64,000 bases of DNA, taken from Shigella phage ESh17. The notes under the pieces are model-generated. The model searched no databases. It had not been told where the DNA came from and worked only from the letters and a program-made list of their open reading frames with translations. The stretch lies in the sequence record ON528727; one strand, 5' to 3'. Positions within the stretch are counted from its first letter, which is position 1. Each line of letters starts with the position of its first letter. Both the position numbers and the translations under genes were made by a program. Below are positions 10,614 through 27,897 of this stretch, piece after piece.

Positions 10614-10829
10614 ATGAGATTGATTATGAGAACTGAGGTTGTGGTGTTTACTCTTCATGAGTCTGGAAAGTCATTCATTGAAATTGCTCGTGAATTAAAC
10701 TTACAGGCGAAAGAAGTGGCTGTATTATGGGCTCGAGCTATGACTGCTAAGAATAAATTTGAAACTCGAGAAAAAGTTGTCTATAGAAAAAGACATATCA
10801 ATAAAAAGGTGAAAAATGGAACAGTATGA
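10614..10829 (+). CDS. Hypothetical small protein (24.3 position)
   Basis: 71 aa ORF; synteny between hoc and rnlB. Confidence 0.5.
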   Translation: MRLIMRTEVVVFTLHESGKSFIEIARELNLQAKEVAVLWARAMTAKNKFETREKVVYRKRHINKKVKNGTV

Positions 10830-11094
10830 TCTTTATGAAAATGAATCTTTTGCTAATCAATTACGTGAAAAAGCATTAAAAAGTAAACAGTTTAAGCTAG
10901 AGTGTTTTATTAAAGATTTTTCAGAACTTGCTAATAAAGCAGCTGAACAAGGTAAAACATATTTTAGTTATTATTGTACTGCTCGCGATAAATTGATTAC
11001 TGAAGAAATTGGTGATTGGCTGAGAAAAGAAGGATTCAGCTTTAAAGTCAATAGTGATCAGCGTGATGGTGATTGGTTAGAAATTACATTTTGA
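10816..11094 (+). CDS. Hypothetical small protein (24.2 position)
   Basis: 92 aa ORF overlapping previous by 14 nt. Confidence 0.55.
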   Translation: MEQYDLYENESFANQLREKALKSKQFKLECFIKDFSELANKAAEQGKTYFSYYCTARDKLITEEIGDWLRKEGFSFKVNSDQRDGDWLEITF

Positions 11095-11103
11095 GGATTA
11101 ATT

Positions 11104-12108
11104 ATGTTTAAAAAGTATAGCAGTCTTGAAAATCATTACAACTCTAAATTTATTGAAAAACTTTACAGCTTGGGATTGACTGGCGGCGAATGGGTAGCTC
11201 GTGAAAAGATTCACGGCACAAATTTCTCGTTGATTATTGAGCGTGATAAAGTGACTTGCGCTAAACGTACTGGACCGATTCTTCCTGCTGAAGATTTCTT
11301 CGGTTATGAAATTATTTTAAAGAATTACGAAGATTCTATTAAAGCTGTCCAAGAAATTATGGAAACTTCAGCTGTTGTGACTTATCAAGTTTTTGGCGAA
11401 TTCGCTGGACCTGGCATTCAGAAGAATGTTGATTATGGCGATAAAGATTTTTATGTATTTGACATTATTGTCACTACCGAAAGTGGTGATGTAACTTATG
11501 TTGATGATTACATGATGGAATCGTTTTGTAATTCATTTGGGTTTAAAATCGCTCCACTTTTGGGTCGTGGTAAATTTGAAGATCTTATTAAACTTCCAAA
11601 TGATTTGGATTCTGTTGTTCCGTCTTATAATTTTACCGTAGATAATGCAGGTTTAATTGACGCTAACAAATGTGTTTGGAAAGCTGAAGCCAAAGGCGAA
11701 GTATTTACCGCTGAAGGATATGTATTGAAACCTTGCTATCCTTCTTGGCTGCCTAATCGCAATCGTGTAGCCATCAAATGCAAGAATTCTAAATTTAGTG
11801 AAAAGAAAAAGTCTGATAAGCCTATTAAAGCTAAAGTTGAACTGTCAGAAGCTGATAACAAATTGGTGGGGATTTTAGCTTGTTACGTTACACTAAACCG
11901 AGTAAATAACGTTATTTCTAAAATTGGCGAAATTGGTCCAAAAGATTTTGGAAAGGTGATGGGACTAACTGTTCAAGATATTTTGGAAGAAACTTCTCGT
12001 GAAGGTATTACTCTAACTCAAGCGGATAATCCTTCTTTGATTAAAAAGGAATTAGTTAAAATGGTACAAGATGTACTTCGTCCGGCTTGGATTGAATTGA
12101 ATTGGTAA
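11104..12108 (+). CDS. rnlB: RNA ligase 2 (Rnl2)
   Basis: 334 aa, T4 Rnl2 size; nucleotidyltransferase lysine motif EKIHGTN. Confidence 0.85.
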   Translation: MFKKYSSLENHYNSKFIEKLYSLGLTGGEWVAREKIHGTNFSLIIERDKVTCAKRTGPILPAEDFFGYEIILKNYEDSIKAVQEIMETSAVVTYQVFGEFAGPGIQKNVDYGDKDFYVFDIIVTTESGDVTYVDDYMMESFCNSFGFKIAPLLGRGKFEDLIKLPNDLDSVVPSYNFTVDNAGLIDANKCVWKAEAKGEVFTAEGYVLKPCYPSWLPNRNRVAIKCKNSKFSEKKKSDKPIKAKVELSEADNKLVGILACYVTLNRVNNVISKIGEIGPKDFGKVMGLTVQDILEETSREGITLTQADNPSLIKKELVKMVQDVLRPAWIELNW

Positions 12109-12111
12109 GTT

Positions 12112-12144
12112 AAATAAAAAGGGACCGAAAGGTCCCTTTGTTTT
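12112..12144. terminator. Bidirectional terminator between rnlB (+) and gene 24 (-)
   Basis: GGGACCGAAAGGTCCC hairpin flanked by A-run upstream and T-run downstream. Confidence 0.65.
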
Positions 12145-13426
12145 ATTCATCAATGATAATTTTTGGTAGCTTAACACCTAATAAAACAGACAAATCTGAA
12201 CGACCCGCCATTTTATCCATGTCTCCACCATCAATTACTCTTGCTTCTTTTTCATCTTTTGCTACGGTGTAAGGATTTGCAGATAAAGCATATCTAACTA
12301 ATAAACCGATAGACGGTTGCAAGCTTTCTGGATCAACAACAACTTTAAATGCACCTACATGTTCAGGGTCATCTAAGTCGAGACCTTCTGTATACGGAGC
12401 ATAGAAAATTGATCCAACAATTTCTTTTTCACCGATATTTTCTACTACGCCAACGATTACATAATCTAATGGGCTGTTAGTATCGCAATAAAGTGGTAAA
12501 CCATTAGCTAAAAACCCATAGGCATTTTGTGAAAGATATTTATCATCTTCTGGTTTATGTTTTAACCAACCTGATGCAGCAAGAATCGCGGCGGCACGAG
12601 CAGAAGCTACACAGAACGTTGCTGTATAAGTTGATTCTTTTTGGATATGCGAAACCATTTCACATACCATTCGGTATAATGAACGACCAGCTTCAGGAGC
12701 AGATGCATAACTCAAATCAATGAATCCGGTATCAGTAATTCCTGTAACTTTATAGCGTTTTGACACTGTAATCAAAGACTGCAGAATATCTTTATTGATT
12801 TCATCTGCCATTTCAGTTGCAAGCAAATCTTCTAAGAAATTAGGAGCATCGAATCCATTTGCTTCTAAATCTTGCGCTAATTCAACTGTGATGCCAGTTT
12901 TAAGTTTACGAGATTTAACCGCGGTTTGCCATTTATTAATCTGGAATCTAGCATCCGCAATTTCACTATCAGAGCTTTCAAATTTGCTTGTTACTGCAGC
13001 ATCAGAAAATAGACGAACCTTTAAAAGAACGATTGCAATCTGAAGAGCTAATTCTAAATCGCTTTCTTCAATATCAGCAAATGGTGTATCTTCTAATACT
13101 TTATAAACGATATTATTATATTTGAATAAATCGCCTTTATTGAGAGTTAATTTAGACTCTTCTGTTAATTCTGTGATTTGTTCTCGGTCTACGTATCCAG
13201 CTTCGCCAGCGTAAGTAGCACCAGTTTTAAATGTAAATTCATTGTCTGGGTTAAGGTATTTGATACCATAAAAAGCAGCAACAGGTTGATTAGTTCTTTG
13301 TGTTGCTACAATGTCAGAATATATTAATTTAGTGGTAGCGCGAGTCAAAGCAACGAGATTTGGGCGACCGATTGAGTTGCTATTCGTTGTGGTTGATTCG
13401 CGCAGAAGTTCGTTGATTTTAGCCAT
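12143..13426 (-). CDS. 24: Head vertex protein gp24
   Basis: 427 aa, T4 gp24 size; paralogue of gp23 fold; synteny. Confidence 0.9.
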   Translation of the reverse strand: MAKINELLRESTTTNSNSIGRPNLVALTRATTKLIYSDIVATQRTNQPVAAFYGIKYLNPDNEFTFKTGATYAGEAGYVDREQITELTEESKLTLNKGDLFKYNNIVYKVLEDTPFADIEESDLELALQIAIVLLKVRLFSDAAVTSKFESSDSEIADARFQINKWQTAVKSRKLKTGITVELAQDLEANGFDAPNFLEDLLATEMADEINKDILQSLITVSKRYKVTGITDTGFIDLSYASAPEAGRSLYRMVCEMVSHIQKESTYTATFCVASARAAAILAASGWLKHKPEDDKYLSQNAYGFLANGLPLYCDTNSPLDYVIVGVVENIGEKEIVGSIFYAPYTEGLDLDDPEHVGAFKVVVDPESLQPSIGLLVRYALSANPYTVAKDEKEARVIDGGDMDKMAGRSDLSVLLGVKLPKIIIDE

Positions 13427-13453
13427 TGCGCTTTCCTTTTGGTTTATATGATT

Positions 13454-13461
13454 TATTTATA
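13454..13461 (-). promoter_or_regulatory. Late promoter (minus strand) for gene 24
   Basis: TATTTATA on plus strand about 28 bp upstream of gene 24 start. Confidence 0.55.
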
Positions 13462-13476
13462 CCATAAAAACAACTA

Positions 13477-13496
13477 AAGGGACCCGAAGGTCCCTT
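13477..13496 (-). terminator. Terminator hairpin after gene 23 (minus strand)
   Basis: AAGGGACCCGAAGGTCCCTT hairpin; T-run on minus strand after the hairpin. Confidence 0.6.
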
Positions 13497-13509
13497 AAAT
13501 CGTCAAAGA

Positions 13510-15075
13510 TTAGATACCTTTAACATATACACGGCGGAAGTAAGCGTTTTTACCAAGGCTATTCAGAATAGAAGGCATACCGCTTTGGATGCGAGAAGCC
13601 GGAGCCTGAGCAGCGGATTCTGCAAATGGGTTGATACCGATACCGTAACGAGTTTTGAATCCCATTACTGGTTGGAAGTTCTTCGGATCGGAACCACGCA
13701 GCGGAGTCAGCGCTACATATGGAGCGTAGTAAATACCAGCATCCATTTCGTTCGGACCTTTATAACCTACAGTGAAATAATCCTGTTTAGCATACTGGTC
13801 GATATATACGCGGTATTTACCACCCAGAACACCAGCAAATACTGACTTGGTAGTATCAGTGTTAAAGCCGGTAGCCAGACCCTGTGCAGCATAAGAAATG
13901 CCGGTATCAACTGAAGCCAGAACGTTAACTACGTTACGGGAAGCGATAATGAAGTTACCTTCACCACGACCGGTCTGACGAGCAATTTCAACTGCTTCTT
14001 TGTCAATCTGGAACAACAGAGCTTTAAAGGATTCACCCGCCCAGCGAGCACCACGAATATCAATCGGATCCTGGAAGTCAAATACACCAGCTTTAGAACC
14101 CGGAGTCAGGGTCATACCAGATTTACCAACCTGTGCGGAGTAGTTAATCCAATCAACAACTTCACGGTTGATTTCTAGCATGATTTCGGTAGCCAGAATA
14201 CCAGACAGTTCAGCATCAGCATCCATACCGTGAACAGCGCGGAGGTCTTGTGCTAATTCGATAGAGTAAGCAGCTTTCAGCTGGCGAGATTTAGCTTCGA
14301 TAACTTGTTTATCGATACGGAAGCCCATTTCATTCCATGGGTTATCGGTAGAACCATTGAAACCTTCCTGAAGTTCAGCGATAGAAGTAGCCATGCCTTC
14401 AGCGATTTCTACCAGTACACCAGCTTCCATTTGTTTCTTAACTTCGGCATCTAATTTAGCAGCATCAGTCGCACCAGCATCAATTGTTACTACAGCGGAA
14501 GCTTGCAGATATACAGTGCCAGTTTCCTGGAAGAAGTGAGAATAGATGTCACCTACAACGGTTTGTGTGCTAGCAGCCAGAGCTGGGAATTTCTTAGCAG
14601 CACCCTGACCAGAGAACATTGCATCTGGACCATACATTGGGTGGAATGCTTCTTTAGCACCGGCAGCCACTGGGTCTTTACCATATACTGCGCGCAGTGC
14701 GAATACCTGGCCAGTCGGGCTGTTCATCGGCTGAACACCACAAATATCGAAAGCAATCAGGTTAGGAATAGCACGACGTACCATACCCATAACAGCTGGG
14801 CCAATCTGGGTTACTGCGCCAGAAGTCTGACCTGCAGCGATGTTAGTAGCATTGTAACCATGGTCACCGCCGATTTCAGCTTCTGTTAAGAAAGAACCAA
14901 ATGCCTGAGCAATTTTTTCGTCTTTATATTCCGGAGCTGTCTGGAAATCTTTTTCCTGGTTTTCAAAGATTTTAGCGATAATCGCTTGTTTGCTATTAGC
15001 AATTTCCGGTAAACCTTCACCTTCCAGTAATGGCTTCCATTTGTTCAAAAGTTCAGCTTTAGTTTTGATAGTCAT
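13510..15075 (-). CDS. 23: Major capsid protein gp23
   Basis: 521 aa, T4 gp23 size and sequence character; synteny 22-23-24. Confidence 0.92.
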   Translation of the reverse strand: MTIKTKAELLNKWKPLLEGEGLPEIANSKQAIIAKIFENQEKDFQTAPEYKDEKIAQAFGSFLTEAEIGGDHGYNATNIAAGQTSGAVTQIGPAVMGMVRRAIPNLIAFDICGVQPMNSPTGQVFALRAVYGKDPVAAGAKEAFHPMYGPDAMFSGQGAAKKFPALAASTQTVVGDIYSHFFQETGTVYLQASAVVTIDAGATDAAKLDAEVKKQMEAGVLVEIAEGMATSIAELQEGFNGSTDNPWNEMGFRIDKQVIEAKSRQLKAAYSIELAQDLRAVHGMDADAELSGILATEIMLEINREVVDWINYSAQVGKSGMTLTPGSKAGVFDFQDPIDIRGARWAGESFKALLFQIDKEAVEIARQTGRGEGNFIIASRNVVNVLASVDTGISYAAQGLATGFNTDTTKSVFAGVLGGKYRVYIDQYAKQDYFTVGYKGPNEMDAGIYYAPYVALTPLRGSDPKNFQPVMGFKTRYGIGINPFAESAAQAPASRIQSGMPSILNSLGKNAYFRRVYVKGI

Positions 15076-15093
15076 TTGTGTTAACCTTTAAAA

Positions 15094-15903
15094 TTAGAAA
15101 CGAGATGCGACTTTCGCATATACACTTACAATATCTTCTGCACCCTGTGCAGCTTTATCTTCTACAGCTTCAGTGACGAAATTCAGTCCGGCTGCTTCAG
15201 TATCAGGAGTATTTATACTCTCAGTAATAGTGCTTTCATCTTTATTAGATTTCTTCACCATTTCTACGATTGCACTCAATTTACTTGAGAATGCATCTGA
15301 ATAATCCATACCTTCGACCAGAGCAGAGACTTTTTCTTTTTGAGACTCAGTCAGATCTTTAGTACTTTCGCTCAATGCCACTTCACGCTGCACATAATTG
15401 ATATATGCGTCACGCTTATTGAGTTCTTCGAACAGACGAGCTGATTCTTCTTTATGTTCTTGCAGCTCTTCTTCCATTTCAGCTACAACATCAACTGATT
15501 CTTCTGGAACAACAACGTTGTGTTCAACAAAGAGCTCTTTTAATCCACCAAGCATGGATTCAAACAGTTCGGCTTTGATGCCTTTATCAACTGCTAATTT
15601 ATTTTCAGCGAGCCATTCTTTCGCAAGATGGTCAATGAATTTAGAAGCTTGCTCAGCGATTTTCTTCTCAGCTTTTTCTTCGGCTTCTTCTTTATTTTTT
15701 TCTACTTCTTCTTCTGCTTTTTCAGCAATTTTAGCGATATGAGATTCAGCTAATTTAACGGCGTGCTGCTTGACGGTAGCTTCGAATACAGTGCCGAAAG
15801 TTTCTTTTGCTTCCGGAGAAATATTAACTGATTCGAAAATACTATCAAGAGCAACGGAAGCATCAATTTTCTGCGCTTCGGCAATCAGTTGTTCTTTAAG
15901 CAT
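15094..15903 (-). CDS. 22: Prohead core scaffold protein gp22
   Basis: 269 aa, highly charged coiled-coil, T4 gp22 size. Confidence 0.88.
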   Translation of the reverse strand: MLKEQLIAEAQKIDASVALDSIFESVNISPEAKETFGTVFEATVKQHAVKLAESHIAKIAEKAEEEVEKNKEEAEEKAEKKIAEQASKFIDHLAKEWLAENKLAVDKGIKAELFESMLGGLKELFVEHNVVVPEESVDVVAEMEEELQEHKEESARLFEELNKRDAYINYVQREVALSESTKDLTESQKEKVSALVEGMDYSDAFSSKLSAIVEMVKKSNKDESTITESINTPDTEAAGLNFVTEAVEDKAAQGAEDIVSVYAKVASRF

Positions 15904-15933
15904 TTTGTAGTCCTGTTGTTTAGATAATAATAT

Positions 15934-16572
15934 TTATAACGCTTTTTTCATGGCCTCTGCGAGAGCCATATAGGCGTCATCGGCACTTGTATCGGCTTCC
16001 GCCGTCTGTGATTCGGTAATTTCCTTAGGAGTTACCCATGCATCTGGAGCACTTGGACCCCATACTGCATCAACACCTACAGTTAATTTGAATCCTTCGT
16101 TTACGATACGATAACCTTTATTTGTGTCAGTCAATGAACCTAATCCACGAGAAGAAACTCCTGGAATCCATCCGGCACGAATATTAGCTGCTAATTTATC
16201 TCCAGGACCATGGTCACCTTCAATAACACGAGCTCGTCCGTATACGTCATTTCCTTTCCACCACATATCTTCTATAATGATAGCGGCTTGCATCGGGTCA
16301 ACATTAGCGCGTGGAGGATGATTTAATTCTCCGAGAGCTTGTTTAGTTAAAACTTGCTCATTAATATAGTCTTTTACCGCTTTTTCTAATATGCGTTTTG
16401 GATAAAGACGTTTATTTCTATTGACGACTTCCGCTTGCATGAATATTCCTTCGATGTATAAACCTGGTTTTAAACCTAAGTCTTTTCCATCATGAGATTC
16501 AAGCATTGGTACGCCATCAATAATTTCGCCAGGTTGACCCCAAGTTTCAATTAGTAATTGGGGTTCATTCAT
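15934..16572 (-). CDS. 21: Prohead core protease gp21
   Basis: 212 aa, T4 gp21 size; synteny. Confidence 0.88.
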   Translation of the reverse strand: MNEPQLLIETWGQPGEIIDGVPMLESHDGKDLGLKPGLYIEGIFMQAEVVNRNKRLYPKRILEKAVKDYINEQVLTKQALGELNHPPRANVDPMQAAIIIEDMWWKGNDVYGRARVIEGDHGPGDKLAANIRAGWIPGVSSRGLGSLTDTNKGYRIVNEGFKLTVGVDAVWGPSAPDAWVTPKEITESQTAEADTSADDAYMALAEAMKKAL

Positions 16573-16997
16573 TAGCTTAATCCTAATGCTTTACGGCGTT
16601 TAAGAGCTTTTTTACGCTTACGCTGAGCACGAGATTGACCTGCTGGATTGGCAATCTTCGTTTTGGTAGCTTTGCGAGCAATTTGTCTACGTTTTGCTTT
16701 AGACAGCCCGGTGGTTTGAAATGCATTACGTTCACGCGTCTTGCGGTCTTTAGTACGTGTAATTTCACCACGGGCGGAAACATGTTTAACGATAAATTCA
16801 TTTAGCGGCATATTTTCATTAATAGAAGCTAATGCAACCGCTAAATCAGTTTCATCATCAAGCATATTCTCGACAATTGTATTTATATCGTCTTTATTTA
16901 AAGCAGAAGACAATTCGTCAAAGCGACCCTGTGCTTCAGGAATAAGTGCTTCGACATTCTCGAGAACTAATTCATGAGTTTCAGGGATCAGAAGCAT
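16572..16997 (-). CDS. 68: Prohead core protein gp68
   Basis: 141 aa, basic C-terminus; T4 gp68 size. Confidence 0.8.
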
Positions 16998-17244
16998 TAT
17001 TCATCATCCTCGTCTTCGTCATCTTCATCAGAGTCTTTGTCTTTTTTGTCGTCTTTATCATCACTATCTTCGTCTTCGTCATCATCCTCGTCATCAGGTT
17101 CTTCACCTTCGATTAAGAAATTACGAGCGATAGCGATTTTTTCTTCTTTAATTAAATCAATCGTTCTTGCAGCCATGGCTTCAGCAAATAATTTACGAGC
17201 GGCTACGAGGTCGTTTGATTTAATAGCTTCAATTAAACCTTCCA

Positions 17245-17245
<1 letters not shown>
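16997..17245 (-). CDS. 67: Prohead core protein gp67 (polyacidic tail)
   Basis: 82 aa with C-terminal poly-Asp/Glu run. Confidence 0.8.
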
Positions 17246-18870
<1,625 letters not shown>

Positions 18871-18902
18871 TTAAGCAGGATGGGGATTTCTCCCCATTCA
18901 TT

Positions 18903-19394
18903 TTATTCCCAATAATCGAGAGCAAGAGTTACTTCAAATGTTTGGATTTCATTGTTTGAATCCCAATCTAATTGAAGTTCACCCACGTTAGTAGGCCACA
19001 GACCTTTAATTTCAATTTCTTTTGTTACTGTTTTAGCGTCACGAGCATATTGACGAACGATAGCGCTCTTTTTATACTCTGCAGGTTTTCCACCAGTAAT
19101 TTCGTTTCCTTGCCCCGCAGCAATGCTTTGCCAATCAACGAACTTCTGGCGAGCATCATGAGCTTCATCGTTCATTACTGTAACAGTCCAGTCATCGAAT
19201 GTACGATCGCCTGCTACGTTAATTTTACGGTTCATAAATCCGACTGGAATTTTTTCTACAATACCAGCTGGTAGAGCAGTAGCTTTACATTGGAACGTAA
19301 AATTTTGTCCAAGATAAGAAATTTCTACTTGGAATAAGTTAGGTCGAGCAAAATCACCAGATTCAAACGCTCGTGTTACATCATCTACAAACAT
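18903..19394 (-). CDS. 19: Tail tube protein gp19
   Basis: 163 aa, T4 gp19 size; two upstream TATAAATA late promoters. Confidence 0.9.
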   Translation of the reverse strand: MFVDDVTRAFESGDFARPNLFQVEISYLGQNFTFQCKATALPAGIVEKIPVGFMNRKINVAGDRTFDDWTVTVMNDEAHDARQKFVDWQSIAAGQGNEITGGKPAEYKKSAIVRQYARDAKTVTKEIEIKGLWPTNVGELQLDWDSNNEIQTFEVTLALDYWE

Positions 19395-19408
19395 ATTAGC
19401 CTCTGTAG

Positions 19409-19416
19409 TATTTATA
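19409..19416 (-). promoter_or_regulatory. Late promoter (minus strand) for gene 19, proximal
   Basis: TATTTATA on plus strand 15 bp upstream of gene 19 start. Confidence 0.55.
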
Positions 19417-19467
19417 TCCCTATGTTTAACCTAGGGCATATAGAATTAAAGAATTAAGGATATAGTG

Positions 19468-19475
19468 TATTTATA
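19468..19475 (-). promoter_or_regulatory. Late promoter (minus strand) for gene 19, distal
   Basis: TATTTATA on plus strand directly downstream of the gene 18 terminator hairpin. Confidence 0.5.
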
Positions 19476-19476
19476 T

Positions 19477-19494
19477 GGCCTGCCGAAGCAGGCC
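19477..19494 (-). terminator. Hairpin after gene 18 (minus strand), immediately followed by gene 19 late promoter
   Basis: GGCCTGCCGAAGCAGGCC perfect 7-bp stem with GNRA-like loop. Confidence 0.5.
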
Positions 19495-19510
19495 TTTAGA
19501 ATGCACCGTA

Positions 19511-21490
19511 TTAACCTGCAAGACCAGTTAACTCATCGAAATCTGCACCAGTAGCAGTTGCTACGAAGTTTAAGGTAATGTAGTTAATGCTTCTAGCCGG
19601 TTGGATGTAGAATGTTGCAACAAACTCATTTCTATCAATTACTGACGGAGTATTATTTGTTGTATCGCAAACTACACGATATTCATAAATTCCACCGAGA
19701 GCTTTAATTCCCTGCAAGTATTGGGCAGTTTCTGTGCGGAATGATGAACGAGTAAACGCGTTGTTTAATTCGAACAAACGATATTTTGAACTACGTCCGA
19801 TATTCGTTTTCAACATATTAAACAGACGACGAACGTTAATACGATCAAATGGAGAAGGAACAGAAGTAGCTGTTTTATCACCATACAATACGTAACCATC
19901 ACCACCTGTACCAGTTACTGGGTTGATAGCTTCTTGGTATAAACGGTCACGCTGAGCCTGGCGAGTTTCAATAGCAAGTTTAATAACGTTCAAAATTTGG
20001 CCACGATTATAACCAGCTGGAGACATCCAAGTCTGAGATACGTTATCAGTTCTTGCGCATAAACCAGCAATATCAGCTGCTAATGGAACCCAACGATTCA
20101 CATCATTATATTTGTCATACTGATATTTGTAGTTGCCGTCGATTGCTGCATAGGTTGAACTGATATTAAAATTATTATCAGTGTATGAACCTGCTGCAGT
20201 TCTCCAATTGACTAAGTTATCAACAGCACGAGTTACAGGAATTCCAACTACAGTTTCGCGCGGAGGAGAACACAATACTAAGCAATCTTGACGAGCATCC
20301 CCGATTGAAACAACATGTTTTTGGACAGTAGATGCTGTTTCTAAAGATTCACCGGCACAAGAACCCGCAATAAACAGTTGAACGTCAACAGATTCACGGT
20401 CAGCAAAAAAGTCCCAAGCTTCCATCAAATCTCCTGCTGTTACTTCAGCATTTGATGATAATCCACCAGACAGAGTTAAAATTCCAGAGAAGCCTTCTGG
20501 CCAGTTTTGTGCAGTTGCAAAAATATATTCTGAACCACCTTTTGCGAAAAAGTCATCGATATAGATGTTACTATCGTAAATATCTTTTTCACCACGCTTA
20601 GTTGAAAGAACAACGCTTTGAACAATAGCATCATTACGACGAACTATAATAGCATACTGTGAATCAGTTTGTGGTCCATATCCAAACACTGCTTTAGCAG
20701 TAGATGCACGAGTACCACCGCCCGGATAAATTGGGAGTAATGCAGAAGCTCCTTTTGCGTAGTCAGCTTTAGATACAATTTCAATTTCAATTTTATCGCC
20801 TAATTCGCCTGGATAAAGAGCTACTACTCCTGGAATTCCGTATTTTTCGAGATTTGCTTGAAAGTCAACCGCTGTCATAGCAGCTTCAGCATTTTCAATT
20901 TCAGCTAATAAAATACCAGAATCAGTAATAATTTTTCCAAGAGTTATTACTGCGGCTAAACCAGAGGAAGACGAAGAAATTTCTGCAGTCCAGTTAGAAC
21001 CTAATGTTGGGTATTCACCGACTTCTTTAGCTTTAGCGATAATTTTTGCAGTAGGAATATTAATTTTCTTAATTTTTCCATCTGCGTCTACTTCAGTAAT
21101 TTTACCTTCAGTTTCAATATCATCTGAAACATATTTGACCGTGATTTTATCTCCAACTGCATAGTTACTACCTGGGGTAGAAATTGTGTATTCAATATTA
21201 CCAGCAATCGGAGATGAGTTTTTAGCGGTATCTCTATCAACAGCACGAACTACTCGTAAGTCATTTCCGTACTGTAAGAAATTCATCGCAGACATAAAAT
21301 AGTCAGCAGTTTCAGCGGTTGGTTGACCAAAAGTATTAACTAAATCTACTTCATTTGTAACCTGTTTAATCTGAAAAGCAGGACCCCACTGGAATTTACC
21401 GGCCAAAGCTGCTGTACCAGTAGAGTTATTAACCACGGTGCTTTGAACCGTAGTTTCTTTGAGCTCAATGCCCGGAGATAATAAAGTCAT
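19511..21490 (-). CDS. 18: Tail sheath protein gp18
   Basis: 659 aa, T4 gp18 size; late promoter 29 bp upstream. Confidence 0.92.
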   Translation of the reverse strand: MTLLSPGIELKETTVQSTVVNNSTGTAALAGKFQWGPAFQIKQVTNEVDLVNTFGQPTAETADYFMSAMNFLQYGNDLRVVRAVDRDTAKNSSPIAGNIEYTISTPGSNYAVGDKITVKYVSDDIETEGKITEVDADGKIKKINIPTAKIIAKAKEVGEYPTLGSNWTAEISSSSSGLAAVITLGKIITDSGILLAEIENAEAAMTAVDFQANLEKYGIPGVVALYPGELGDKIEIEIVSKADYAKGASALLPIYPGGGTRASTAKAVFGYGPQTDSQYAIIVRRNDAIVQSVVLSTKRGEKDIYDSNIYIDDFFAKGGSEYIFATAQNWPEGFSGILTLSGGLSSNAEVTAGDLMEAWDFFADRESVDVQLFIAGSCAGESLETASTVQKHVVSIGDARQDCLVLCSPPRETVVGIPVTRAVDNLVNWRTAAGSYTDNNFNISSTYAAIDGNYKYQYDKYNDVNRWVPLAADIAGLCARTDNVSQTWMSPAGYNRGQILNVIKLAIETRQAQRDRLYQEAINPVTGTGGDGYVLYGDKTATSVPSPFDRINVRRLFNMLKTNIGRSSKYRLFELNNAFTRSSFRTETAQYLQGIKALGGIYEYRVVCDTTNNTPSVIDRNEFVATFYIQPARSINYITLNFVATATGADFDELTGLAG

Positions 21491-21518
21491 TTTTAATCCT
21501 CTTTAATATGCTTTAATA

Positions 21519-24659
<3,141 letters not shown>

Positions 24660-24700
24660 GATTTCTCCTAATCTGGGCTTTAATTAGTTTATAATATTTA

Positions 24701-26402
<1,702 letters not shown>

Positions 26403-26414
26403 TTAAAATCCTTT

Positions 26415-26430
26415 GGGGCCTTGCGGCCCC
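26415..26430 (-). terminator. Hairpin between wac and gene 13 (possible attenuator)
   Basis: GGGGCCTTGCGGCCCC; weak T-run. Confidence 0.4.
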
Positions 26431-26433
26431 ATG

Positions 26434-27897
26434 TTATGCTGGTGATAAAAAGGTAGAAAGCAATACCCATTCGCCGTCTTTACGAACGTAAGCTTGGCCA
26501 TCTTTTGGAGCTTCAGGAATATAACCTGCTTCTTGGAGAGCTTGAACATCGCCTTGTAAAGAAGATATATTGCCTTTAGCTGTATTCACTTCTTGTGTAA
26601 CTGATGCAATGTTGGTTTCGTTAGCTTTTATTGAATTGGTTAATCCGCGTTCTTCAACAGTTGAACCATTTGGGTTAGTTCCATTTACTAAAGTATTTAA
26701 CGCTACAACTTGCCCTTTAATTCCTGTGCTGTTATTACCAATCTCTACTTGTAGGTTTTGAACATCGTTATTCAAGCCTGAAACAGAAGTTTCAATTGTA
26801 GAAACTCGGTTTAAAAGAGACCCAGGAGGAGAAGGTTGTCCACCGCTAGAATCAGTTCCAACAATTTGGTTTAACCACGAAACATTCGCTCTTAAACCAG
26901 ATGAAGTGTTTTCACCGACGATTCCATTTAAAGATTCGATTGAAGTTGTATTATCTTTGATTTGGCCTTTAATACTCGAAGGAATATCATCTGAACCAAT
27001 AGAAGTTTCAATAACGGTTAAACGCTGTTTAATACCTCCACTTTGATTTAGCTCTAAATTAATAGATGCAATATTATCAGTGTTTGTATTAACACTAGTA
27101 ATAATCGAATTATTTCCTGGATATCCTATTGAGGTCTTAATAGCACTAATGTCAGACTCAACTGTTGTCTGTTTAGTGTCAATTTCATTTAAACGACTAT
27201 AAACGTTCTGTGAAAATGATGGTGGTTTCGGTCCAAGCTCTTCGCGAAGATTACCAACTTCAATAGTCAAAGAACCTACATCAGATTCAATAAATTTTGT
27301 TTCTAATTCACTTAAACGTATTCCCTGTGAAGTAATGACATCAGTATTATTAATAATGCGATGCTTCATTCCACTACTAGGATTTCCTACAACAGGAAGA
27401 CCATTAATATCTTGACCGGTGTATTGTCCAAGTTCACGCTTTATCCACAGTAAATCATTTCTGATTGTTCTGTATACAGAGTTGGCCTCGGAGTTAAATG
27501 GACCAATATCAGCAAGAATGTTGTCAACAGTACTATTAGTTCCATTTAATATTTCTGTATGTTCACTGGTTAGCGTTTTGAGGTCAGAAATATCCTTTTT
27601 ATTGATACTTATTTGCGCTAAAGCTTCAATATCACCAGATACATCTAAGATGCCCTGGATGGTTTTAATATCACTATTTGCGGTTTCTAAAGATGTTTTA
27701 AGTATTCCAATGTTTTTATCAAGAACTTCAACATTTCTTAGTACAGAAACTGTAGGTCTATTCATTGAACCTTCGCTTCCATACTGTGTGTCAGCTCCTA
27801 ATATTTCTTCGCCGTTTTTAATCCAGGAAATGCGGCTCTGGCCCTCCGCAGGAGGGCCGTCAACGAATGGTAAGTCATTCAGTACAATATCTGTCAT
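26434..27897 (-). CDS. wac: Fibritin (whisker antigen control)
   Basis: 487 aa; C-terminal foldon [27 protein letters not shown]; coiled-coil heptads. Confidence 0.92.
   Translation of the reverse strand: MTDIVLNDLPFVDGPPAEGQSRISWIKNGEEILGADTQYGSEGSMNRPTVSVLRNVEVLDKNIGILKTSLETANSDIKTIQGILDVSGDIEALAQISINKKDISDLKTLTSEHTEILNGTNSTVDNILADIGPFNSEANSVYRTIRNDLLWIKRELGQYTGQDINGLPVVGNPSSGMKHRIINNTDVITSQGIRLSELETKFIESDVGSLTIEVGNLREELGPKPPSFSQNVYSRLNEIDTKQTTVESDISAIKTSIGYPGNNSIITSVNTNTDNIASINLELNQSGGIKQRLTVIETSIGSDDIPSSIKGQIKDNTTSIESLNGIVGENTSSGLRANVSWLNQIVGTDSSGGQPSPPGSLLNRVSTIETSVSGLNNDVQNLQVEIGNNSTGIKGQVVALNTLVNGTNPNGSTVEERGLTNSIKANETNIASVTQEVNTAKGNISSLQGDVQALQEAGYIPEAPKDGQAYVRKDGEWVLLSTFLSPA

Noticed and set aside
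12529-15075. Multiple 60-130 aa plus-strand ORFs inside genes 23 and 24
   Set aside because: Antisense to capsid genes with exact T4 lengths; typical spurious frames.
15398-15742. 114-aa plus-strand Ser-rich ORF
   Set aside because: Antisense to gp22 (charged coiled-coil codons); artefact.
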